DNA from: Parasitella parasitica NRRL 2501
Taxonomy: Eukaryota > Fungi > Mucoromycota
Direction of reading: 5' to 3'
Length of the DNA: 64,000 bases
Assembly (NCBI GenBank): GCA_025201805.1
Contig: MU619362.1
Coordinates: forward strand, 29,141 to 93,140
This document shows positions 50,677-62,521 of this stretch, piece after piece. A program made the position numbers and the translations under genes. The notes under the pieces were generated by a model that was given only the letters and a program-made list of their open reading frames with translations, was not told the origin of the DNA and ran no database searches. Every line of letters starts with the position of its first letter. The first letter of the stretch is position 1.

Positions 50677-53436
50677 AGTTTTTAAAAATAAAAATAAAAC
50701 GAAAATAAAAGAAAGAGGAAAAGAAAAAGTGAATCGTTCAAAACTTCCAATCAAATCTAGAATTCAACATTTCTGTGGGGTCATCAGAAAAAGGTACACC
50801 GTAATAGAACAACACAGAATATTAACCATATTTGGCATCCATCGCTGTCTGAGAAATTTATAGATATTATTACATTTGATCATTAAAATGTGAAGACTCC
50901 AACCAGGACCCTTGTTGACAAGGAAACGGTTCATCCCAAATTGCTTCTTTGCAATTGAATATGCATTTCCACGGTCAAAGTCGTGGATGTAAGCACATGT
51001 GCTTTTTCCCGCGATTTTTGATAGTAACATCAACTCACATGCTCAGCGTATCTGCAGAGGACGGCCCATATCAATTTATATAAATCAGCATTGCTTTTCG
51101 ATTCAAACATATCAATTTTTATTGTGTTTCGAAATAGAAATACATGCACAAAAGTAGTATTCTTTTCATTGGTTTTTATTCGTTGAATTGCCATTATTGT
51201 GTGTGTAATGTGGGTGGAGATAATAAACATGTAGGGAAAGTTTTAGGTTGTCAGCTTTTTGGATTCAAAATAGGTCGAATAATAGTCAAATCTAGAGTTG
51301 TAAAAGTACATGGATCCTAAATTGCTTCAAGAAAACAATGTATAAATTAGCAATGACTTGTGAGCCAGAATAATTTCCCAAGCATGTGTATGCTCAAAAA
51401 GTGAAACTTTACTGTACTATATACCTGCAGCCGGCTCTATAATCAAAGTTGCTTGTTTGAGTAATACTTTCACATACTCTTATCGAGAGGAATGATTTCC
51501 TTGATTTTTTTCAGTTGATTGGGCATGAGCAACCAGAGGACCTCTTATTTCAAAAACCCCAAGGAAAAAACGTGCGTTTTCCAAAAATAGCTTGATCTAG
51601 AGCTATTTTGAAAGAGCTTTAGACAAAAACAATATTTTGAGACAAGAGTTTTTGAAAAACCTTCGACATTTTACTCAAGTTTCTCAAATGTATTTTTGTT
51701 TACAATATTTTAATTAGAACTCATGCAATTATATGCAGGATTTTTATCTTGTTGCAAGATTAAGCGTTTTAATTTTTTGGATGTTTTCAGGGTATCAGTG
51801 ACGATTTCGATCTGCCGATGCTTTTTGGTTATTAGTAAAACAAAAATCAATATAGGCGCTTCTAGTAGATCAATACATCACATGAATTCATAAAAAGATC
51901 GTGCTTTATGTAAATATCACATGAAATATACTAAGATCTACCCGAGACTACAGATATCTAAAAGGTTTGGAAACTGAAACGGCGGTGGCACAGGACTCTA
52001 AATCGTTATCATTTGTTCATTATGTATGGACAATGCGTACATTCATCTTGAGACAAATTAGACAGATCAATATATAGGGAATGCATATTATATATAAACA
52101 ATGAATCTTTGTATATACGCCACATGCTCAGGATATCGATTTTGTTCTATAGATAATGGTATCGCTTTTAATCTAAATAAATCATATAATTTTATTGAAG
52201 CACGCAAGCTTCGAATGGGCCAAAGTTTCTCATGACCTATATTACGCTGAACCGTGCTAGGATTATTAAAGAGTAGGCTTTTGTCATTGAATACTGAGGT
52301 TCATGAGAACACAACGAGAACGTAATGACTGATATTTTATTTAATATATTTTGCTACTATGATCAATGAAAGACAGGAGAAAGTGCTACTAAAATTTTGA
52401 TCTTGTGTCTACGGTAATTGTCGCAGATCATTTAATTGCTTGTTGGTAGCTAAAATGCTTTGGTGGCACTATAATCGAAAAAGGCTAAAAAAAAAATCAT
52501 TATTACATCATGAATTCTAACTTGTATGTTCTACTTATATCTTTAAAGTAGATGGATATTGGTAGAAAAAGTATGATAACCCACAACTTGACTTTGGATG
52601 AAACTGTGCTATGGAACGACTCACAAAGTTTGCAAACAGATCAAACATTTGAGTAAGCGCTCTATGTCAAATTCCAGATCTCGGTTGCTTTTACCCGATG
52701 TTCTGTGCCGAATGAGTTGCTAGAGTCAACATGAACTGTCCAAGCACCCATTTTTTAGTTAGTTGGTCATATTTACCAATATTAAAGAGGGTCGGTAGAG
52801 TCGTAAATGTTTTCAAAAGAAAAGAAATAAATAACAACTGCATGTTTAAAGTAAATAAAAAAAAAACATTTCGGTGTAATGGAACTCATGAGCTATCCCA
52901 AGTCTATTATGTAAAATGACGAACCAAAATTAAATACTACGATCGCCACTTGATGGCTAAATTTGTAAAAATCTCGATTTTGTTGGGCAGGATGATGATA
53001 AAGATATGATACAAATTTTTGATTTTAGTGCAAACTTAAAAAAATACAAGGGTAATACAGTGTAAGAGTGTTCCAGAATAGGACTCCCAAAATAATGTAC
53101 AATATACTTCCATGAATACAACATTGCATTATCCGAGTGTGGTATGTAACGTCAGAATTGTGCAAGAAATTTCATGGTCTTGGTTCTCAATGACATTTAA
53201 ATCCAATGTAACTTAAAACTACATTTATGATGGACAGATTTGCAGCAGACTACTCCGCGTAAAAATAATAATAAAAAAAAAAAAAGATTTCTGCATATGT
53301 TGCAATGTTATGCGGGTTTATCATATCATCGTATCATCAAAACCTATAAAAGAAGGTTTATTTTGGGGGCTCTTTTTCTCTTTTTTTTTTTCTTCTCTTT
53401 CTTCTATAGTTTTTTTTAAATAATTTTATTTTATCT

Positions 53437-54721
53437 ATGCCACCCTATCTACATCCCACATTTGAAGAAATTGAAGCTAAAGAATGGGCCATCAACACAA
53501 TTAGTAACATCTTTACTGGCATTTCGCCTGTATCATTTGAAATCGAGACATCTACAGCTGACAGTGATTGCCATGACAATATCAATCTAAGAAGATCATT
53601 TTCGGTTCTAGAGGGCAACTTATTATCATATCTACCACCACAAAAAGAGGCCAGAAATTCTCGCAGATCACAGAGCACCATTGTGCCAAGCACTATTAGT
53701 GATGCATCTAAATCTACAATGACACGATCAGCCCCTACGACACCTACAGACCAGCCAGTGCCTCCATCTTCCTTTTCTAGCCGTATTAGACACACTTGGT
53801 ATATGGATCGTGCATCTGTAAAGCAATTGTTTAACACAATTGACACTTATGACACTCATAAAAAGTCTTCCAAGGAGCAGAAGGGTATCGCTATTTGGGA
53901 ATCTACACGCCAAGCATACATGCTGCAGACGCCACCTTCATTGGAGATCGAAACTAAATCACAAACCAAAAAATCAATCCAACTATCTAAATTTATCATG
54001 GGCGAATTGCTTAGTACAGAGAAAACCTATTTAAACCATTTACTCACTATAAAAGACGTAAGTTTTTGTTTGATTTGGGGGAGTCTTTTAGTGTTTGTTT
54101 GTTAAGCTAAACATTTTTTTTTTTTTTTTATCTCGCTGTCTCTTTCTCCTTTTTAGTTTTACATGGATCCACTCATGGAAGCTGCCAAGGGTCAAAAATC
54201 GCTTGTCAATCTTAAAGACATTGAAATCATTTTTGGATTTATACCTCAGTTAATTAGCTTATCCACTGCGCTTGTCAAGCGACTGGACGACACCATCATC
54301 AAGTACCTAGAGGATGATTCACAGTTGGCTCAGGTTTCTATTGGCAGAGTATTTTGTAATTTGGAATCTCATTTCGACATCTACATTTCTTACGCTGTCA
54401 ATTTCCCTAAATCAAAGAAATACCTATCGAAGGCTAGCTCCAATATTGTATATAGACAGCTAGTTCAGGATACCATGAGGAAAAAGAAAACAAATAGAAT
54501 GGTATTAGCAGATTATATGATTGCACCTATCCAAAGAATCACGCGCTATTGCCTTTTATTAACAGGTAATTCCGAATTGCATGAATATTTGCTGTTGTAT
54601 GTTAATTCCAATATGCGTAGAGCTTCAAAAGCATTCAGACAGATCTCAACCTGACTATGAATATTTGGCTAAATCGCTCAAATCTCTCTCTGCTCTTGCA
54701 TTTGCTATGAATACGATATAA
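53437..54721 (+). CDS. Dbl-homology (RhoGEF) domain protein, 3 exons
   Basis: IMGELLSTEKTYLNHL, IEIIFGFIPQL, IGRVF, YISYAVN, LADYMIAPIQRITRYCLLL|ELQKHS...PDY. Confidence 0.88.
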
Positions 54722-55011
54722 TAGCTTATCTTATACCCTTCACTGTCATTTCTTGTATGTAAATCTCGCCCTCCTTTCTATGCCCTCTTCAGTCTTGGAT
54801 TCCCCCCCCCCCTTTTTTTTTTTCTATGTGCGAAATAAACTATATATAATATATAAGTATGAATGAACAATAAAATATACTACTGCTACTATGTTATGCA
54901 CCATTGTAGGACAGAAAATTGGGTCATGTGCTAAATTAGCAGCTGTAAAAGCGCCAACATCCCATTCATACATTTCTCCCTTTTCTTCTTTCCCCTTCCA
55001 TTTATACGGTT

Positions 55012-56642
55012 ATGGACCTTACATTATTTCAACAACAACGGCCACATCAACAAACACAACAACAACAACAGCAGCAGCAGCAGAATTTCGTCATTGATGG
55101 TGGTGATGATGATAAAACTGCAAAAAAGAGGATAGATTCTGCCATTGCAATGAAGTCGAGTAATCAGCTACTTTACATATCGCTTGGATATCCCTTGGAT
55201 CACATATATTTGCCAGGAGAACAAGTAACCGGTACGTAACTGGAATAACAAGAATCCTTTTGTTTTAATGCAAATGTATACAGGTACGATAAATATCAGC
55301 CAATTTTTACTGTCCACTACCTGGAAGCAATCAACCGCTAGAATCGACATCCACCTAGCTTGCTCATTTAAGGTGTGCGAGCCCACAAACAACACGAAAA
55401 AACAATCCATCTTTAAAGTCATGGCAAATCCTATATGGATCTCGCTATCTGACACAAACAAAGCGCCGTTTTCGCTCACTATTCCGTCTCACTTGCCAGC
55501 CTACACCACGGATGATAAGGTAATCACCTGCTCCATACACACCTGTATCTGCTTGTTTTTGATATAAATTTGAATAGTCTATCAATGGCAGAATCGAATA
55601 CAAGCTGAAAGCCGTGTATGAAATCAAAGATCTGCCCTTGTCGCTATACCCCAAAACCTCGATCCCACTATTAATCAGTGCACAAATATCCACAGCGGAT
55701 CCGGACTATACGACGCCCATGCAAAACCAAAAAGACATTATGATTACTATACCACGCGATGTCGTTTTGAAAAAGTCCCTGGCAATGCTGCGAAAGGGGG
55801 ACACGGGCTTGGTCTCTGCAAGACTCTGTATTCCACATTCGTGCTTCTTGCCCGGTGAGTCCATACCATTCACACTGTACATCCAGCACGTTGCGCCCAT
55901 CAGACAGGCCCAAGGCATCCATATTCTCCTCGAACGCATCACCACAATCATTACATCGGCAGAAGAAAAAAGAAGCGTCATGACCATGAGAACTCTAACT
56001 TTGCCACTGCTGTGTAGTGCAGACGACAATACAGCGACCATAAACAGCAGCCAACAACTGAAAATACCTAAATCAACGTCGCCAACGATCAAAACCAACA
56101 AGTTGATACCATTTTCCATTGAATATCGGCTAAAAGTACTTGTCAATATGGACATGCATCATTTTATGGACGACATACCACAGCGGAAAAGAGATCGTGC
56201 GTACAACATGATGTCCAAGATGATTATGGCAGCAGCCAGTACAGATCAACAAGGTGAGGGCCCTGCATTCTCTTACAATACGACTGTTGAGCTGGATCTG
56301 CCTATCCAGATTGGCACGACACACGACCCTATCATCACAACAGCACCCAAGCATCATTCCTTACCATACCCACTGCATACTGCTCTATCATCTTTGCCAT
56401 CTTTAACTTCCCCGTTAATAACATCTCCTGACCAATACGACCATCACAATGACACCTCAACCCAAAATCACGTCAGCATACATCGTTTTGATAGCGATCC
56501 TACATATGATAGACCCTCTATATCCGCCACTAAATATTTAACATTGCCGTCGCCAACTGAGGTCGATCTGTCTCAAAGATCTCCATCAGCTCCACCTTTG
56601 GCTGATCTAGTCGACCCTCCACCTTGTTATCTAGCCGAGTAA
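55012..56642 (+). CDS. Alpha-arrestin (arrestin_N/arrestin_C) protein with a C-terminal PPxY, 3 exons
   Basis: YLPGEQVTG, FSLTIPSHLP, GRIEYKLKA, CFLPGESIPFTLYIQH, LKIPKSTSPTI, IEYRLKV, LPIQIGT, PPPCY. Confidence 0.85.
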
Positions 56643-56771
56643 AAAAAAAATAGAGTTTAATGACAAGAGTTAATAGTTACTATTGAACGTTTATTATTAC
56701 CATATAAATCAAATATGGGAGAATTTACAGACTGTATACAATGCGAAGAAAGTGTGTGTACAAGCGTCAGA

Positions 56772-56810
<39 letters not shown>

Positions 56811-56839
56811 GGGTGGGGGTGGGGGTTAAAGCATGGAAA

Positions 56840-59278
56840 TTAGTGATGTAATTTTGCCTCTGGTTTAGCGTTTTTGAACAACTGGTTGTCATCTGAACTG
56901 CTATTATTATTGCCCTGAACAATACGCATCGCAATCTTTCTAGCATCTTCAACCATGCCAGTCATTTTCATGCCAACCACCTGAAGCGCTAGTTCCATTA
57001 AAGCACGGTCGTTCTGCACAAGGTACGTAAAGACCATTACATCATTCTTGTCAGTGGGTGGAGCTTCTTTGAATGAGACAACAACAGCTCCAGGCTGTGT
57101 TGCTGGTGGTAATGTGCAAATAACTGTATTGGCAGACCAGTATTGTATATTAGTAGCCGGTTTATCACCAAACATAATTGTCATTCCAGGTCGAAAATTG
57201 ATTCCTAATACTGTTATTTCAATACCTCCACCTGTAGGCGCTTCATTTGGAATCATTCGTTTCATTGTAGGCTGCTGCTGTTGTCCTGATGATGGCTGAT
57301 TAACGGTGTTATCATTATTATTGTTATTAACAGTAGTGGCAGTAGTAGTGGTAGTAGTAGTAGAAGGAGAAGGATTAGTAGGAGTAGTAAGGCTATAGAT
57401 ATGTTGATGTTGTTCCTGTTGCAGAGAAGTTGGCGTTAACATTGACTTTATCACTGATCGCATATCTTCTATTTCAGATGATGTTATTGATGATGAGGAA
57501 GAGGTAGAAAAGTTTTTGTGGGTACTTGGGTATAGTGCCGTCAGGGAAGATGAACCTGGTGTCAAAGTTCCATGTGTTGGTTCAGTTTTAATAATGCTGC
57601 TACCACTGTTGTTCCCGCTAAACGGCAGCGATGATTTGATCCAGCTCAGTGAAGGGATGCGAGGTTCAGGCAATACTTCACTCTCGGCACGACGTCTTTT
57701 TGATCCAATCTTTACTTTGCTGGATTTGTGATCATCTGTGATCATGATGGGTGGCGAAATACCTTCTGCTACCTTTTTGCCTGTATGGTCTAGCATTTCA
57801 AAGTAGATGCTATTTCCAACTCATGAGAAAACAGGGTTGCATATCGTGCAACTTTACTTACCAAAAGCCCAGTCTTTCATTGTGATGTCTGCAGTAACAA
57901 GTAATCCGAGTGGGCAATATAGTATCGCCAGCACTGAAATCGACTACTTCTGTACAATTGAACAACAAGACCCTCTCTTTATCAAATGCAAGCGAATGGT
58001 CTTCATCCGTCCTATCATCCCCTGCTTCGTCACTATTTTGCTGCTGCTTACTTTCTTTCCGTCTTTGAGATCTCTTTCGCTCCCGTTGAATGCATCCCAA
58101 GCAAGTAAGCACCTTTTTCGTTGGATCACTTGCACAAAGGACTCTTGCTTGGAGATAGAGTGTCTTGTCTGGGTTGAAAGATGGGCCATTTTCACTGGTA
58201 TTACTACTGTTACTGGACTTTTTTAACTTGTCTTTTGTTACGATGTACTCGGGTAATTTGAGATGAGACCACCACTGCGCTTTGTCGCCGCCGTCTGTCA
58301 CTAGCTGAATGCATAGCTTAATTTGTGTTTCGACTCTGGATTTCGCACCTGTTTGAGGAATACCTAGTACTCTGATTTGCAACCTATCTCAAAAGGTCGG
58401 CATACGACATGACACTGAAGTGACGAAAAGCACAACTTACCCTGTGTCTGATCGCTCTAATGCGTGGTTGAATTGTATCGTAGGATCGAAATCCATGGAA
58501 GACGAGGGCATAGGAGAAGAAGCAGGCGAGGAAGTCGGCGCATTACTGCAAAACAAGATGGATTAGCTCTAATACGCAATTGAATTATATGACCACTTAC
58601 AAAGAGCTCAAAAACGGCACAGGATGGTTTGCCAAATACTCTTGAAAGCTTCGAGCAATATTGGGAAATGCTGGGAATATATTGTTGTGTGTCACATTTG
58701 AGATAAACTAAAATATGAGGTAAAACAGTGTCAGTAGTGCTTGAATGCATGTATTACCAGAAACTTGCATTATTCAACCCGGTCCAGAAAGAAGGGGGTT
58801 GTTCTCCAACAGAAGTAGTAACAGCTGCCTGGAACGATTCCATGCTAGGAGCTATTGAGTGAGCCAATGTAGCCGAGGACCCATTCATGGCTACACAGTT
58901 ATCCGATGAAGACCCAGCAGCATTCTCATTACTGGCAGCTTCTTTTAAAAATTGATCTTGGAATAGGGATACTGTTTGTTGCTCTTGTTGCCGTTGCTGC
59001 TGTTGCTGCATGAAATATAAATAGTTATCTGAAGCTAATTGGCCAAGGCCATAGAAAAACGACTGATCCATAAACGCTGGCTGTTGCTGTTGTTGGCCAT
59101 GCTGCTGTGGTTCAAGCTGTAAATTGTTAGGTGCTAGTGGCTGCGTAAAATTTTCAAGTTGAGAAGAGGGTGGCATTGCAGGTCTATGTTCGTTTATAGA
59201 TCCACCACTCATATCTCCACTTGACCGAGTAGACTCATCAGCAGATAATGCTGGCAAGTCCATATTAGCTTCAGACAT
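56840..59278 (-). CDS. Spt23/Mga2-like transcription factor (DNA-binding region plus IPT/TIG domain), multi-exon
   Basis: GAKSRVETQIKL, CLGCIQRERKR, PTRITCYCRHHNER, SPPIMITDDHK, IPT (RMIPNEAPTGGGIEITVLG), DRALMELALQVVGMKMTG. Confidence 0.9.
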
Positions 59279-59285
59279 ATTTTGC

Positions 59286-59286
<1 letters not shown>

Positions 59287-59362
<76 letters not shown>
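59287..59362. repeat. Poly(dA:dT) tract of about 76 nt just upstream of the Spt23-like ATG
   Basis: Uninterrupted A run. Confidence 0.95.
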
Positions 59363-59364
<2 letters not shown>

Positions 59365-60384
59365 TAAAGAGTAAAAGGGATTATCAAGAGGCAACTAAAG
59401 CAAACCCAGGTTTGGGGTAACTTGTAGTCATGAATGGCCAATCAAAACGATCAAGGCTGTACTATCACGCGTGTTTTTCAACCATTTCATAAGCCATTAC
59501 GGCTTGCTGAATGAACATTTGATCAAATTTTTGAATGCAGTAGCTGGGCGACAGTTGAAATCATTGAGAATAACTGACATTTCATCAGTTGAGTTGATTG
59601 CGTTTGTCCTACATTTATATGTTATCACGCAAATCAAGATCTTTAATTTTGATGCTATTGAGGATATATACTACACTATGCCAAGCTTTAAATGAGCGAT
59701 TACATGTCCTTCTTTTTCTAAATAATATCTGCAAGAAGCAGCTCTCTGAAGTAACAGTGGGCATGTATTTTGTTCGGATATCAGTCCATCCCTAAACAGA
59801 AGCTAATATGTGCTAAATTAGATAAAGTAATACAAGTTTTGTGCCACCAACTATAAGAGCGATCGATACTGGTACCTTTTGAAACCCAAATAGTGAGGAT
59901 TTGATCATATCTGTAAATCATCATTTTTTGTTTCTTGACAAAATCAATATTCACATAGTTTTCACTACACATTTGTAAAAATTTGGTAAAACCAGGACAG
60001 TCAAGTTGCACAATGAGACGTTCTTTGGCAGTACAGCAATCCTTGAATGTTTATAGCCACTATTCCTCAAACAATCCTTGACAAATTCATCGAGAATGGT
60101 GGATTTAACATTTTCCAAACGCCACTTTAAGCATTCAACCTGAAATGAAAAGGTTAAACTAAATTTGTTTGTAAACCTTTGGTAAATCTCACAGATTCAA
60201 TAGATTTCGAGGAAAACCTTTCAGAAAAAAAAAACAAGTGCAATTGCATTTGGGTTTTATGATAATTTCAAAACGTTATTGGGAGATCTTTGTGTGCACT
60301 GGACATGTACATGGTGTTCTTATATATGAGGTCAAATCCTCCTGGTCTTCTTTGTTTCCGAGTGCTTCATAAAGGTTCTTCAGG

Positions 60385-62400
60385 GTGTTACTAATAATCG
60401 CCTACTCCAAGTACGTCAGTACTATATGCAGAAATCGTGTTAAAAAGTATTACCTTGATCTGATTGAGCTTCTCCATTATGGTGGGCAAAAGCAAAATAT
60501 CATCAGATGTCGTTCTGATGAAGTTAAACTCACTTATCTTCATCATTCTGTATTGGTCATTATATTTAAGATCTATTTTAAATGCTGTTGCTACATGATC
60601 TACAATATACAAGTATAGATAAATTAGTAATAATATGGTAGCTTCTACGATGTTATTTACCTTCTTTAATAAGCAACCCAACGACTTCTGGGTTGGTGAC
60701 CTTTTGCAATATGAGCTTATTGATACTAATTTGCATTTCCTTACCCATTTTTACTAAATCAGACTCATAATTCCCTTTATAATGGTTTCCCTTTCTCTTG
60801 ACTTCAACAAAACAAAGCTCGAAAGTAATTGATGAGTAGGGTTCAACGAATAAAACGTAATTAGGCATCATTAACGGACTTGAGGAGAATTCTGGAGGAG
60901 AAAGTAAATGATAGGTTAACCTAAAAAGTAAAAAATGAACACACAAATTCAAGTCTATTCATGCATTCTTACCACTCGTATTTCGTTCCAGTTAGCTGTG
61001 AAGTCCAGCAATGTAATAAAAAATGGCCTCATTCAATGATTTGATTGGCTTCACCTTCTTGTCTGTTTGAAAATGTGAGGAATAACATCCTTAGTTATTT
61101 TGACGGCTATTTTCATTTGTTTACTATTGCTGCTGTTCTTTATCAGATCGACAGCGTCTTCCTCGTTCATTTCTTCATTATACAATGACCTCTGCATTTT
61201 ACGACATGCTATCAACATATCGTCTTCCATGAACTCCAAATATTGCTTTAGATTAAGATTCTTCATTACTGCAAGCTGTTGTTCGGGGGAGGAGCCGAGA
61301 TAAAGAACAATGCTCGCTGTCAGATATAAGGAAAATATACGACAAATAACTATTTGTGAGCCCATTAATAAAGTATTGAGCTAATGCTAAGAAACAAATG
61401 AAATAAAACAATGACTTACATTTTTTTTTGTAGGTGTGAAGATTTATTAAAATAAACTCATAAAATTAAAAAATTAATAAGGGAGCAACTGTATTAAGAA
61501 AAGTGACCTGTCTCGAGGAGGGGCAAAAATACTATATTACAAAATGTTGAGAGCTGATAAGTGTGTCGCAAATTGACCATGGTGCGATCCACGATGGATT
61601 GGTTGTCAGAGGCAACTGCATCAATATGGTGTTGCCATTTGGCACGCCAGACAGAAGTCAGTAGACATGTAACCGCTTCGAAAACAGAAACTTTCAATTT
61701 GGAGTCCCGAAGACGTTATCCTTGAAGGTTTAAAGACATTGCATCTTGAGATACCTGATCCATGTTCAGTGGACAAGAAGGCACAAAGAGCAAGGCAAAG
61801 TAGTTTTGCCAAGCATCAGCGTGAGATGGGCAAGTGAACAACATGTGGGCAGTAGTCTCACGACCAATGACTTACGGAATACGAATGGCGGACAAATATT
61901 TGCGCATTTGCGCGCCATTTTCTGTGATTTGGCGGTACTCTCTCAATACAGTTGTCATGTTGAAATTGTTAATTATCCACTAATAGACTGAAATGTTTAG
62001 AAAAAAAATCAAAGTGAAATAAAATCTAGCCTGAGGGTATTTATCATCTTCATCCCCGAAATTTGTTTTGCTATAACAATTACTCGTGTAAGCATCAATA
62101 TACTTTGATTTTCTTTTTTTTATCAGCGCTATGCCACGACCAAGGAGCACTTTCTTCATCTCCAGAATGATGACTACGCTTTGAAGGCGAATCTATATTT
62201 GGCAAAAAAAAAAAAAAATTAATATTGTTTTATCATTGTTCTTCACAGAGCAACACTTGCCGAGTTGTGAGGTGTTTGGTCCTGTAGGAGGTTGATACAT
62301 ATTAACAACTCCGTGTTCGTTTGTAATGGACACTCCATAGTTGATATTTTGTGTGTAGGATTTTTTTGACACGCTTGGGAGCAAGTGAATCCTTTATAAT
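60385..62400 (-). pseudogene. Degraded Mucorales multicopy PD-(D/E)xK-like nuclease-domain gene, interrupted by a LINE fragment
   Basis: MMPNYVLF...ELCFVEVKRKG...ESDLVKMGKEMQISINKL...VVGLLI, DLKYNDQYRM; upstream exon LREYR...LSAIRIP|YLSYIF; frameshifts present. Confidence 0.55.
61420..61864 (-). mobile_element. 5'-truncated L1-like LINE insertion (ORF2 C-terminus, 3' UTR, A tail) with an 11-bp TSD
   Basis: ETTAHMLFTCP zinc-knuckle part and LTSVWRAKW; AATAAA and A9 tail; CAATGACTTAC at 61409-61419 and 61865-61875. Confidence 0.88.
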
Positions 62401-62521
62401 CTAGTATAAAATAAGAACAGATGGTTTAAGTGTATCAGTTTAAGAATGGAAATGCTTGCCTTCCAATCATCTAGTATACTCACTTATAATAAATCAACTA
62501 TTTGTAGTAAATTTAAGGAAA

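Noticed and set aside
51582-51610. Short palindrome aaaatagct...agctatttt in a 2.7-kb intergenic region
   Set aside because: Short and AT-rich with no associated TIR or TSD; probably chance or an unidentifiable remnant
59460-60145. Degraded coding-like sequence on the minus strand
   Set aside because: Multiple stops and no family I can identify with confidence
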